Source: an uncultured Chloroflexia bacterium
Lineage (GTDB): Bacteria > Chloroflexota > Anaerolineae > JAAYZQ01
Direction: 5' to 3'
DNA: 64,000 bases
Assembly (NCBI GenBank): GCA_963700285.1
Contig: CAVOXA010000015.1
Location: 228,715 to 292,714 of the forward strand
Shown here: piece after piece, positions 49,930 to 59,937 of the stretch
Position numbering within the stretch: position 1 is the first letter of the stretch
Layout: every line of letters starts with the position of its first letter
The notes under the pieces: model-generated
Told to the model about the DNA's origin: nothing
Database searches by the model: none
Seen by the model: only the letters and a program-made list of their open reading frames with translations
Made by a program: the position numbers and the translations under genes

Positions 49930-51255
49930 TGACGCCTCTCAGGATCGGAATCATCGGCGGCGGGTACGCGGGGTTGACGGCAGCCTACGAACTGCAGAAG
50001 CAAGGCCATGCCGTCACGGTGCTGGAAAAGTATGGACGATGGGGTGGACAGGCAGCCACCCTCCCTCTCCTGGGCACTCACATCGAGTACTTTTACCACC
50101 ATCTCTTTGGCAGCGATACCCACATCCTGGGCTTGATGGACGAACTGGGCATCGGCGACCAGTTGCGCTGGATCGAGTCAAAGGTGGGGGTTTACGCTGA
50201 TGGCCAGATCTATGACTTTGTCACCCCCCTGGATCTGATCCGTTTCAGGCCACTCGAGCCTGGTCAACCGCGTCAAGCTGGGCTTGATGTACCTCTACCT
50301 GCGGCGCGTGGACGACTGGCAGCAGCTTGGAAGAGATCACGGCCCGCGACTGGATCCTGCGCTACATGGGCCAGGAGATCTATGACAAGTTCTGGGGCGC
50401 GCTGCTGCGGGGCAAGTTCGGCGACTTGGCCGACCAGGTGAGCATGACCTGGCTGTGGGGCAAGATCAAGGTGCGGGGCAGTTCGCGCCAGGGAGCTACG
50501 GCCAAGGAGAAGCTGGCCTATCCTCTGGGCAGTTTTGAGATCATCACCCAGGCGCTGGTGGACCGCCTACAAGCAGGCGGCGCCGAGCTGCACCTCAATC
50601 AAGAGGTGATGGGCCTGACGACCGATCCTGACGATCCAAACCGGATGACAGGCGTAGTGACCAAAAAGGAGACCATCCCTTTTGACGTGGTCATCGCCAC
50701 CGTGCCAGGTTACAACCTGCTGGAGATCGCCCCGCCCGACGATGGACAGTAATTACGCAGCATTGCTCCGTTCGGTGCACTACCAGGCCGCGCTGGTGTT
50801 GCTTCTGGTCAGCAAACAGAGCCTGAGCCGCATCTACTGGCTGAACATCGCCGATCGGACGATGCCCTTTGTGGGCGTTATCGAGCACACCAACTATGTG
50901 CCAGCCCAGCGAGTATCAGGGCCGGCACCTGATCTACGTCTCCAACTATCTGGAGCGGGATGACCCTCGCTACGAGATGAAGGCTGAGCGAGCTCTTTGA
51001 CCTCTACCAGCCCCATCTGAAGCGGATCAATCCAGCCTTTAATGCCGATTGGATCGAAAAAAAGATCGTGCTCCGGGCCGAGGCAGGCCAGCCAGTGATC
51101 ACCTGCAACTACTCGCAGCGCATCCCGGACCACCGCACGCCCGCTCAAGGGACTCTACCTGGCCAACACCCTGCAGATCTATCCGGAGGATCGGGGTACC
51201 AACTACAGCGTCCGGCTGGGGCAGACCATCAGCAAGATCGTTGACGAGGATCTGA
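49929..51255 (+). CDS. FAD-dependent oxidoreductase (protoporphyrinogen-oxidase/amine-oxidase-like), frameshifted
   Basis: GIIGGGYAGLTAAYEL, EYFYHHLF, YWLNIAD..PFVGVIEHTNY, YPEDRGTNYSV. Confidence 0.8.
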
Positions 51256-51344
51256 GCGTGACCGTGAGAGGCAATCCATGTTCTGTGCTGTGCGCACAGT
51301 GCCCAATATCATGGAATCTAAGTAAACTGAAGAGGATATGAGTC

Positions 51345-51611
51345 ATGACCTACGTAATCACCGAACCATGCATCCGCGACGGAGCCTGTGCCGAGGTCTG
51401 CCCGGTCGAGTGCATCGTGGCCGGGCCAGAGGATGAGGGCTGGCCGACCTACTTCATCGACCCCGACACCTGCATCGACTGTGGCGCTTGTGCGCCCGAG
51501 TGCCCGGTGGACGCGATCTATCCCGACGATGAGGTCCCCGACGAGTATGTGGACTGGATCGACAAGAACCGCGCATTCTACGAGGAGGGACCTGGGTACG
51601 ACGCAGCCTAG
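51345..51611 (+). CDS. Ferredoxin (dicluster type)
   Basis: MTYVITEPCIRDGACAEVCPVECI..CIDCGACAPECPVDAI; GAGG RBS. Confidence 0.92.
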   Translation: MTYVITEPCIRDGACAEVCPVECIVAGPEDEGWPTYFIDPDTCIDCGACAPECPVDAIYPDDEVPDEYVDWIDKNRAFYEEGPGYDAA

Positions 51612-51755
51612 CGCTGCGTTGCTCCGCCAAACCGCGGCATCTGCCCATGATTGGGCGGCAATAGCAAATTGATCAGGGCAGCGGACCGGTCATGGCTCTA
51701 TGAGCGCCGGGCGGGTTCGCTGCTTTGATATGCATTGGGGGCTTGAGACAGGATC

Positions 51756-53528
51756 GTGAAGGGGCAAGGACCAGGTAAAAGTCAAAACCGAGAGCTTGCG
51801 AGTGCTCTTGCCCGGGCGGCGATGATTGGCATATTGCTCCTGAGTGCCGCCTTGCTGTGGTACGATCTGGGAACACGAGACGTGCTTGGACGCGACGAAA
51901 ACGCGACCGTCATCAAACTCGATCAGCCGGACTTGATGGCCGTGCTGCGCGTCACCGGTCTCAAATTCACCGGCGAGCCGGGCAACATGCAGCCCCTCTA
52001 TTTTCTTCTCCAGCACCTGTTCTGGCCCGTCGTTGAGCGCAGCGCGTTCGTGCTTCGTTTCTTGCCGTCGGCCTTTGCCCTCCTGGCAATAGCCATAACC
52101 TACAAGCTCGGTGAGGCGCTTTTTGGCCGTAAAGCTGGGCTCGCGGGCGCGCTGCTCACGGCGCTTTTGCCACTTACCGTCCGGTACGCGCAGATCGCCC
52201 GGCCCTATACCTTGCTCGCCCTACTCGCCCTGGCCTCGGCCTATTTCTTGATACGGGCCCTGGCAAGCAACCGGCCTCTCCATTGGCTGGGCTATGTCGT
52301 TGCCACAACGCTCTGTTTCTACACCCACTACAACGCACTCTTTGTCCTTCTCACCGAAGCATTGTTCACAGCCGTAATCTGGTTGACTGTGGTCGCCGGC
52401 GTACTGAAAAAGCGGCCACCAGTCGGGCGGCTGCCAGTCGCCCGACTGGTAGGGCCGGTACTGGCTTTTCTGGTGATGGGCTTGCTCTGCCTGCCGGGGC
52501 TCATCCGGTTGCTGAGGCTGCCTTGGGTTGGGCCAGAGGGCAGCGCAGGGCCAGAGGTCGCCGTGGCGCTCGATCTCACCCTGCCCTTTTTCCAGGGTTT
52601 TCTAAGCAGAATTGGGCTGGCAGATCCCTGGCTGCGGGGCCTCATCCTGGGTCTCATGGGACTCGGTCTGGTGGCTGCCCTCTACCGCCGTCGCTGGCAG
52701 GCCGTTCTGTTTTCCGTCCTCTGGCTGGCGGTCCCTTTTTTGGTCCTGTCTGTGATGAAATCTCCGCGGCCCTTTGAGGAACGGTATGTGATCTTTGTAC
52801 CCCCTGTGGCGCTGCTGCTGGCTGGCCAGGGAGTTGTTGCTGTCGGACAGGTACTGGGTTCCGTAGGCCGTGGCTGGGGGCCAAGGGTTTCACGGACAGG
52901 CCAATGGGTTGCCATGGCCGCCATCACAGTGGTTCTGGTACTGCTCTTTGTAGCCCCGCTGCGTGCTCACTATGCGACCAACCAGTCGGAGGCCCGCCTG
53001 GAATTCGCCTTGACGGTGATAGAAAAGCAGGCCCAGCCTGGTGACATCGTCATCGTTTCACCTCGGACCTTCGTACGACCCCTGGCCGTGGATGGCGCCA
53101 GCGTGCTCTACCTGACGGAGCACCTCTCGCCCGCGGAACTCGACGACCTGGCCCAGCAAGTTGACCGGATGTGGGTTTTGTACACGACCTTTCTGCCCAC
53201 AACGGAACTGCAGGAACCTCTGGACCAATGGATACAAGCGCATCCGGACGAGTTTGTGCTGGTTCCCATCAAGGCGCCAAGTGCCGTAGCCTATGGCAAT
53301 ATGGCGGCCGTCGATGCCGAGGCCAGTCTAAAAGACCGGGTCCTTGCGCTCAAAGAGCTGGTCCAGGGCCCTGCCGGACAACACGGCAACTGGGTGCGCT
53401 ATGGCATCCTGGCTGATGCCTATCAGGCCCTTGGTGACCTGTACGCCAGCCAGGGGGACGCCATCCAGGCTGCAGAGAACTGGACCAAGGCGGAGGAGAC
53501 GCGGGCGGAGGCGCCTCCACCCTGGTGA
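51756..53528 (+). CDS. GT-C (PMT/GT39-like) membrane glycosyltransferase
   Basis: RDE, PLYFLL, LRFLPS, RYAQIARPYTL, YTHY; multiple TM segments. Confidence 0.8.
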   Translation: MKGQGPGKSQNRELASALARAAMIGILLLSAALLWYDLGTRDVLGRDENATVIKLDQPDLMAVLRVTGLKFTGEPGNMQPLYFLLQHLFWPVVERSAFVLRFLPSAFALLAIAITYKLGEALFGRKAGLAGALLTALLPLTVRYAQIARPYTLLALLALASAYFLIRALASNRPLHWLGYVVATTLCFYTHYNALFVLLTEALFTAVIWLTVVAGVLKKRPPVGRLPVARLVGPVLAFLVMGLLCLPGLIRLLRLPWVGPEGSAGPEVAVALDLTLPFFQGFLSRIGLADPWLRGLILGLMGLGLVAALYRRRWQAVLFSVLWLAVPFLVLSVMKSPRPFEERYVIFVPPVALLLAGQGVVAVGQVLGSVGRGWGPRVSRTGQWVAMAAITVVLVLLFVAPLRAHYATNQSEARLEFALTVIEKQAQPGDIVIVSPRTFVRPLAVDGASVLYLTEHLSPAELDDLAQQVDRMWVLYTTFLPTTELQEPLDQWIQAHPDEFVLVPIKAPSAVAYGNMAAVDAEASLKDRVLALKELVQGPAGQHGNWVRYGILADAYQALGDLYASQGDAIQAAENWTKAEETRAEAPPPW

Positions 53529-53674
53529 CAGACAATGCGCACAAAGCCCCTTTTCGATGCAGGGACACTTTATGGCCAGCTCTACCCCAGCCTGATACAC
53601 GGTCTGGTCTTTTTTTGCTAGGGTGGTCACCGAAGCACTCACTGATTCATCCGAGTCTGGGACGCCATAGACTG

Positions 53675-53703
53675 TTGACAGAAGCCCGACCTGATGATAC
53701 AAT
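53675..53703 (+). promoter_or_regulatory. Sigma70 promoter of def
   Basis: TTGACA-N17-TACAAT. Confidence 0.7.
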
Positions 53704-53788
53704 CACCGTCAATCGCGGCCAGGCGGCTGCAAGTTGCAGGCTGACAGCCCAACGCTGACAGCCAATGTGTTTTCCCAGAGAGCAAGAG

Positions 53789-54340
53789 ATGTCCAATTTA
53801 GAGATCCTGACGGTAGAAGATGCCCAACAGCTCAAGGTGCTGCGGAGCAGATCGAAAAAAGTTCAACAAGTTACGCCCAAGCACGCAGCCTTTGCCCAGC
53901 GGATGCTGGAGACGATGCGTGATGCCATTGGCGTGGGATTGGCAGCCCCGCAGGTCGGCGTTCTGCAACGTTTTTTTGTAGCCGAGATCCCCGAAGACGA
54001 GGAGAACGACCAGCCCGCGCAGACTTTTATCCTCTTCAACCCCGAGATCGTCAAAGATAAAGGGGAACAGATCGGCTACGAGGGCTGCCTGTCCATCCCC
54101 GGCTATATCGGCGAGGTCGCGCGCCGGGATCAGATCACGATCAAGGGGCTGAATGAAAAGGGAAAACCTGTGCGCTTCAAGGTAGAGGGCTATATATCCC
54201 GTGTCTTTCAGCACGAGATTGACCACCTGGACGGCATCCTATTCACCGACAGGTTAACCGACCCCAACACCTTCCAGCCTGTAGAGGTTGGACAGGAAGA
54301 AGCAGCCGAATTAGAGGCTGCAAGGGTAGAGGACCGATAG
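53789..54340 (+). CDS. def: Peptide deformylase
   Basis: GVGLAAPQVG, EGCLSIPG, QHEIDHLDG. Confidence 0.97.
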   Translation: MSNLEILTVEDAQQLKVLRSRSKKVQQVTPKHAAFAQRMLETMRDAIGVGLAAPQVGVLQRFFVAEIPEDEENDQPAQTFILFNPEIVKDKGEQIGYEGCLSIPGYIGEVARRDQITIKGLNEKGKPVRFKVEGYISRVFQHEIDHLDGILFTDRLTDPNTFQPVEVGQEEAAELEAARVEDR

Positions 54341-54411
54341 GCAGGCAGGTTTTGAGAACCTGCCAGGTCTGTGCTATAATGGACTATGAACCGGGAAGAG
54401 GCGGGGGACAT

Positions 54412-55986
54412 ATGCCTGCTTCTCAGAAAAAGATCATTACCAAGTTACTTGAACGACGCCAGATCGAAGCCGATCTGCAGGAGCTGCTCGCCGCCGATTC
54501 GGAACCGGCGCTGCACCGCCATGCGCAAAAGATCGCCGCGCGGGGCCGCCAGGTCATCCCAACCATCATTGGCAGCCTGGACCGAGCCGACGCTCGAATG
54601 CTGACTGCTCTGGGCGTGGTGGCGGCCTTTCTCGACCGTGAAGAGGTGACCGCGGCGTTGCGCCAGGTGGTTCTGCAACCCCAACATAGCGATCGGGGCC
54701 GGATAGCGGCCATGACCATCCTGGAGCGTTTTCTGGGCCAGCCTCCAGACGATGATCTCTTGGCCAACCTGTCCGATCCCGAAGGGATGGCCATTTCCTC
54801 GCTGGAGGAGGTGCTGGACCAGGCGGAGAACAACCCAGCCGTCCTGATCGAATATGTGCTGGGGCTGGACCAGCAGGAGCCAGATGTTGTCGTGGCTGTC
54901 ACCAGGGCCTTGCGCGACAGGGGACGGGCTTCGGGCTATCGGTGGGAGCGGACGATCGAGCCCCTGCGGATGATGGCCCAAGACGTGCGCGAGGAGATTG
55001 CCGGCGAGGCACTGCGGGCTTTGGGCGCTATGCGCTTGGCGGGTGCGGCACGGGCACTGCAAACATTGATTCCAATCAGTGCGCCAGGGCTCCGTCCCAC
55101 CGCCGAACGCCTGCTGCGCAAACAGCAGTTCGCTGGTGTGGAGGTGACACCGCTTCCGCCTCCATCATCGGGCTGGCGGGCGTTGGTCAGTGCCGTGGAC
55201 GGGCGGGGCCGGCAGCACGTGTGGTTTATCGAGGCCGACCAGCAAAGGGCCCAAGTGCGTCTTCTCAGCGTCCTGCTGAGCGATCGGGTTGGCGCGGTAG
55301 AGGCCGTAGGGCACGAGCAGGTACCCGTATTGCTGCTGCCTCCTCGGCGCCCCTTGGGCCATGTACACGACGTGGTGTTGCCCGATGGCTCCGGGGTCAT
55401 GCTCATGCTGGAGGCATCCTTCGACCTGGGCCGGCGGCTGCTGCTCGAAGCCCTGGAGCACAATCGCCAGACGCAGATACCCGTAGCGGGTCCGCTGCGG
55501 CTGCTCAGTCCATGGCTTTGGGGTTACAGCGGCGCCGATGCGCTGCCGCCCAGGGCCGTACCTGAGGAACCTTGGCCTCAAGCCAGTTCAAGAGCCCTGG
55601 CCGACAGCCTTTTGGAGCACCCGGCCTTTGCAGCCTGGACGGCCGGCGGAACCCTGCCTCAGGACACGATCCACAGTGCCGCACAAGAGGCTTTGCGCCA
55701 CCCAAACTGGGATCTGGAAGTCTGGGTCGGGCGTTTGGGCAGCGAGCTATTTGCAGATACGGCGGTGGCAGAGATATTTAACAGGCGACTGGGAGCCATG
55801 AGCGAGTGGCTTCTTTTGGCAGGCGACGAAGCCGCGTCCCGGCTGGCCCTCGCCGCCGCGCAGTCCGTCGTGGAGGGAAAACCACAGGAGCAACCGTTCC
55901 TGCTGGCATTGGTTCGCCGTGACCTGGAGCTGGCCCTGCTCAGCTCGGAGCAGAGGACTAGGCCAGAACTTGATACTGAAAACTAA
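54412..55986 (+). CDS. Hypothetical protein with N-terminal HEAT-like helices
   Basis: Long open frame with an RBS and an upstream TGCTATAAT; no family recognised. Confidence 0.65.
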   Translation: MPASQKKIITKLLERRQIEADLQELLAADSEPALHRHAQKIAARGRQVIPTIIGSLDRADARMLTALGVVAAFLDREEVTAALRQVVLQPQHSDRGRIAAMTILERFLGQPPDDDLLANLSDPEGMAISSLEEVLDQAENNPAVLIEYVLGLDQQEPDVVVAVTRALRDRGRASGYRWERTIEPLRMMAQDVREEIAGEALRALGAMRLAGAARALQTLIPISAPGLRPTAERLLRKQQFAGVEVTPLPPPSSGWRALVSAVDGRGRQHVWFIEADQQRAQVRLLSVLLSDRVGAVEAVGHEQVPVLLLPPRRPLGHVHDVVLPDGSGVMLMLEASFDLGRRLLLEALEHNRQTQIPVAGPLRLLSPWLWGYSGADALPPRAVPEEPWPQASSRALADSLLEHPAFAAWTAGGTLPQDTIHSAAQEALRHPNWDLEVWVGRLGSELFADTAVAEIFNRRLGAMSEWLLLAGDEAASRLALAAAQSVVEGKPQEQPFLLALVRRDLELALLSSEQRTRPELDTEN

Positions 55987-56003
55987 CGTGAGGAGTGTGG
56001 ACA

Positions 56004-56201
56004 ATGGGAGGATTCGGTTGGCCTGAGATTCTGATCATCCTGGTGATCGTGGTGCTCATCTTTGGCGTAGGTAAGGTGGCAGACGTAGGCCCCGCTATCG
56101 GCAACGCGATCAAGGGCTTCCGCGATGCTGTGCCGGACGATGACAAAGAGAACGGCAAGAAGACAGCGGAAAAAGAACCCGTCGAGGAAGAAAAAGCCTA
56201 A
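56004..56201 (+). CDS. tatA: Twin-arginine translocase TatA/E
   Basis: GFGWPEILIILVIVVLIFGVGKV..G.AIG.AIKGFR; AGGAG RBS. Confidence 0.92.
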   Translation: MGGFGWPEILIILVIVVLIFGVGKVADVGPAIGNAIKGFRDAVPDDDKENGKKTAEKEPVEEEKA

Positions 56202-56541
56202 GCCAGTCAGTTGGCACCGGCTTCGACGATCTTGTAGCATTCTTGGTCTCACCCCAAGTCATTCCCCTTGTGGCGGAGGCTGCCGGCGCCTTGGGGATCT
56301 TGGGGCTAGCCGGCAGCTTGGTGGGATCCCACCAGACATCAGCCAGTATCTTGGTTCGAGAAAAGACAGGCTGCATGGAATCTCCATGCAGCCTTGTTTC
56401 GTGGACAGGTTTCCTGCGGCTCCCCCTCGACCTGACAAAAGTCATAGACAGCCGCTGGTTCTTCGACTATAATCTAGGGTATCAATGGGGGTATCTGTGC
56501 GGCCTCAAATACTGGCCCCGTCAGAGTTGGAGGACCAAGAA

Positions 56542-56862
56542 TTGATTGAACTTCGATTATTCGGTAACCTGCAGCAATACTCACCCGAGCCTGCGTCCGT
56601 GCCCGGAACTCCGCTGCACATGCCGCTTGGGGATGGCAGTACGCTGGGGCAGGTGCTGGATCAAGTAGGCGTCGATCCAGATGAGGTGAGCAACGTTTTC
56701 GTCAACGGGCGGTTGCTCCCCCGATCCGTCTATCCGATTACGCTGGGTTATCAGCTAGCCGCTGATGGCCCGCTCTCGCCGGAAGCATACCTGAGCGCGC
56801 CGGTGCAGCCGGGAGATCGGGTGGGGATCTTTCCCCGCAAGATGGCGTCGGTAGTCGTCTGA
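56542..56862 (+). CDS. MoaD/ThiS-like beta-grasp protein lacking the terminal GG
   Basis: IELRLFGNL..STLGQVL..VFVNGR..PGDRVGIFP; ends RKMASVVV. Confidence 0.7.
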   Translation: MIELRLFGNLQQYSPEPASVPGTPLHMPLGDGSTLGQVLDQVGVDPDEVSNVFVNGRLLPRSVYPITLGYQLAADGPLSPEAYLSAPVQPGDRVGIFPRKMASVVV

Positions 56863-56920
56863 AGCCTGAACGCAGAATGACCCATATCCAGCGACCGTAG
56901 AAAGAACAAGGAGGTAAGAG

Positions 56921-57193
56921 ATGAATAAGGGATGTCCCGGGGCAATGGTTTTCAAGGACGCCACACCCGACTATATAGATTGTCCCCACTGTGGGGAAGA
57001 GATGGAGATCTGGTCCGATGAGCCGCTGGCCCGCTGCGACAACTGCAACCTGTGGGTGAGCCAGCAGCGGGGCGCGTCCTGTATCGACTGGTGCAAGTCT
57101 GCGGTGGAATGCATCGGTCTGGAGGCCTACGAGCGCTTGCAGCGCAACCGCCCGCCGGAGGAAACCCTTGCCCAAGCAAGTTCCCCTGTATGA
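56921..57193 (+). CDS. Small Cys-rich (Zn-ribbon/Fe-S) protein
   Basis: CPG..CPHCG..EIWSDE..CDNC..SCIDWC..C; GGAGG RBS. Confidence 0.75.
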   Translation: MNKGCPGAMVFKDATPDYIDCPHCGEEMEIWSDEPLARCDNCNLWVSQQRGASCIDWCKSAVECIGLEAYERLQRNRPPEETLAQASSPV

Positions 57194-57947
57194 TGCACTG
57201 GCGGCGGATTACGACCGCTTTGTGAACTGGGAAGGGCGGCTCGCCCACGAGTTGCCCTTTTTTCAACGCCTATTCGAGGAGCGGCGCGTAGAACGCGTGC
57301 TGGATTCGGCCTGTGGCACCGGCCACCATGCCATCGCCATCGCTCAGCAGGGCCGCCAGGTGGTGGGCACCGACCTGAGCGTGGCTATGGTCGAGCGGGC
57401 CAGGCAGAACGCAGCGAGGACCAGCATGGATGTCGATTTCCGGGTAGCAGGCCTTGGCGAGCTATCCACGTTAGGCGAGTCCTTTGATGCGGTGCTTTGC
57501 CTGGGCAACTCGCTGCCGCATCTACTGACACCCCAAGCTGTTGCGGAGGTGCTGGCCGACTTTGCCGCCGTACTCAACCCCGGCGGGCTGTTGGTGATCC
57601 AGAACCGGAATTTTGATCTGGTGTGGGCCGAAAAAGAGCGGTTCATGTCCCCCCAAGCGCACCGCGACGGCGACCAGGAATGGCTGTTCCTGCGTTTTTA
57701 CGATTTCCACGAGACAACCATCACCTTCAACATGATCCGCTTGCGGCGCACGGAGCAGCGCACGGACCAGGGCTGGCAGCAGAACGTCGAGTCCACCGAA
57801 CTGCGTCCCGTCTTTGGCCACGATCTGGCCGTCGCGCTGGAAGCGGCTGGATTTGAGGGCAGCATCTTTCACGGGAGCTATGATGGATCGCCCTTTGACC
57901 CGGCGCGGAGTGGCGACTTGATCGCCGTGGCAACACGTAGTAGCTAA
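57168..57947 (+). CDS. Class I SAM-dependent methyltransferase (glycine/sarcosine N-methyltransferase-like)
   Basis: VLDSACGTGHH, GTDLS, FDAVLCLGNSLPH, LNPGG..QNRNFD. Confidence 0.88.
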   Translation: MPKQVPLYDALAADYDRFVNWEGRLAHELPFFQRLFEERRVERVLDSACGTGHHAIAIAQQGRQVVGTDLSVAMVERARQNAARTSMDVDFRVAGLGELSTLGESFDAVLCLGNSLPHLLTPQAVAEVLADFAAVLNPGGLLVIQNRNFDLVWAEKERFMSPQAHRDGDQEWLFLRFYDFHETTITFNMIRLRRTEQRTDQGWQQNVESTELRPVFGHDLAVALEAAGFEGSIFHGSYDGSPFDPARSGDLIAVATRSS

Positions 57948-57969
57948 GCTAGCTCTGAGCAGGAGATCC

Positions 57970-58001
57970 AAGACGGCCCTGGCAGTTACCAGGGCCGTCT
58001 T
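57970..58001. terminator. Hairpin terminator between convergent genes
   Basis: AAGACGGCCCTGG-cagtta-CCAGGGCCGTCTT. Confidence 0.75.
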
Positions 58002-58050
58002 TCACTTGGTCAATCAGGCCCAAAACGCTGTGAGCCCACTCATCTCTAAA

Positions 58051-59100
58051 TCAGTCTTGGGGTACACCAAACTGCCACTCCAAGCCACGCCACAGATCGT
58101 CCCGCCACGAGGGATAGTTATGCCCGCCTCTGTACTCCCGATAGGCCACCTCATTGCCCCGGGAGTTCAGTAGATCGTACATGTCCCGGTTGCACTGCCG
58201 CAGCCATTCGTAGCGGCCCGCATCCATCCAGATTTTGAGCGGTTGCACGCGGCCGTAGCGGAGCAGGTCCCAGAGCACCGGTTCGTAGCCGGCAATGTTG
58301 AACGCACCAGACTGGCTCAGAACGCGGCCAAAAACCTTGGGCGCGCGCACTCCGGCATAGAGGGCCATCAGCCCGCCCAGGGATGCACCCAGGATGCCGT
58401 GCGCGCCAGGGTAGATCCGCAGATCGAACAGGTTCAACTCCGCCTGGGCCAGCGGCAGCACGCGCCGGATAAGGAGCCCCAGGGTCGCCTCGTTGCAGGC
58501 GTATTCCACACCGCGCGCCGCGCCGCCGTGATACACCATGGCCATCGCCACAGGCTCTATGCGTCGCAGAGCGATGAGATTGTCCACGGTGTTCACCAGC
58601 TTGGCCCTCCGCCGGTAATCCTGCCCATCCAGCACGATGAGTAAGGGGCAGTTCAGGAGGGTTGGCGGCCGGTACAGATAGACCGTGCGCTTGCCGCCCA
58701 CCAGAAGGGAGCTGTCCTCAAGGACATGCCGGGTGACCCTGCCATGTGGCACGCTCCGCTTGCGCAGCCTTAGTGGACTGGGCCCGGCCTCGGGCATGTA
58801 GAAAAAGTGGTTGTCGTGACCAAAACCATTGGGGGTGGTATGGGGATTGAAAGGGTCGGCCAGGCGCTCGCCGTCACGCCAAAAAACGTACTCGATATAG
58901 GCATCGCCGGGCAGCATCAGCGTGTGTGTCCACACCTTTGGGGCGACCTGTGACAGCGACAGGGGCGTCCCTACATCCCAATCACAAAAGTCGCCGATGA
59001 GCTGGGGCGCTTCCTTACCCCACCAGACAAAGGTAGCCGCACTGTCCTCGATGATAGGCGTACCCTCTTTCGCGCGTTTGAGCAGGTCATTCATAGCCAT
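58051..59100 (-). CDS. Fes-like alpha/beta esterase with N-terminal CBM48-like domain
   Basis: LIGDF.DW, DPFNP, LDGQDY, GASLGG nucleophile elbow, SQSG, GGHNY..WR. Confidence 0.85.
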   Translation of the reverse strand: MAMNDLLKRAKEGTPIIEDSAATFVWWGKEAPQLIGDFCDWDVGTPLSLSQVAPKVWTHTLMLPGDAYIEYVFWRDGERLADPFNPHTTPNGFGHDNHFFYMPEAGPSPLRLRKRSVPHGRVTRHVLEDSSLLVGGKRTVYLYRPPTLLNCPLLIVLDGQDYRRRAKLVNTVDNLIALRRIEPVAMAMVYHGGAARGVEYACNEATLGLLIRRVLPLAQAELNLFDLRIYPGAHGILGASLGGLMALYAGVRAPKVFGRVLSQSGAFNIAGYEPVLWDLLRYGRVQPLKIWMDAGRYEWLRQCNRDMYDLLNSRGNEVAYREYRGGHNYPSWRDDLWRGLEWQFGVPQD

Positions 59101-59493
59101 CAACTCCCTTCAACGCAAGGCCTCAGCAAGGGTACCTGGGCAGAGTCATCGACACGAAGAGCATCCCTATCGCTCTCTTGAGAAGCTGGATGGGCGCTCA
59201 GGATCTCGATCTGTTTGGGCAGAGCACCAGCGGGCCAGGCAAGGTTCATCATTCACCTGTAGAGGGATGGCATAGGGCGCTGGCTAGATTATCCTCGAGT
59301 ATACCATAGAACCCTTACAAGGTCAATCAGTTTTCATATAAGGTTCGATTCAATTTGCGCTCTCGAAGCTCTTGGGGTAAACTAGAAAACTGTCCCAGGT
59401 CGGTGCAATATGCGCCGCCCACCGGCTTTCAGTACGGAACCTCTGGAAGCGGCACGCACTCGTAGCCAGTCATCACAGTACAGAGAGGTCAAC

Positions 59494-59757
59494 ATGACAG
59501 AAGCTGTGCCCCAGATCACCATCTATACGCGCCCCTGGTGCGGGAGCGTCATGCGGGTCAAACGCTGGCTGGACCAGCGAGGGATCCCTTACTCCGAGCT
59601 CGACGTCACCAAAGATATCGAAGCAGCCCGAACCGTTGAGGAACTGAACAACGGCTACCAGTCGGTGCCAACCATCCTCCGGGATGGGGTGTACGTGGCG
59701 ACAGAGCCCAGCACGGCAGACCTGGAGCGGCTGTTTGGCGACATCCCGGCAGGCTGA
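59494..59757 (+). CDS. Glutaredoxin/mycoredoxin-like protein
   Basis: IYTRPWCGSV, NNGYQSVPTI, TEPS; GAGG RBS. Confidence 0.8.
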   Translation: MTEAVPQITIYTRPWCGSVMRVKRWLDQRGIPYSELDVTKDIEAARTVEELNNGYQSVPTILRDGVYVATEPSTADLERLFGDIPAG

Positions 59758-59937
59758 TTCCTGGCCAGGCTTTTCTTGCTGTGCAGAAGGGCGTGGCCCA
59801 ATCTGGACGCGCCCCCGTGCCCGCCTTCGCGCGTGTCCTTTGGCCAATGGTTGTGTTCTATCAGTTGCGCAGTCCTGGCGCGGCGCCACAGTGCTGCACC
59901 CAAAGCAGCGGGATAACGACACAAGAGGGTAAAGGTT

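Noticed and set aside
52418-52450. 12-bp inverted repeat inside the GT-C gene (ACCAGTCGGGCG..CGCCCGACTGGT)
   Set aside because: Single occurrence in a GC-rich coding loop with no second copy seen; cannot support a function.
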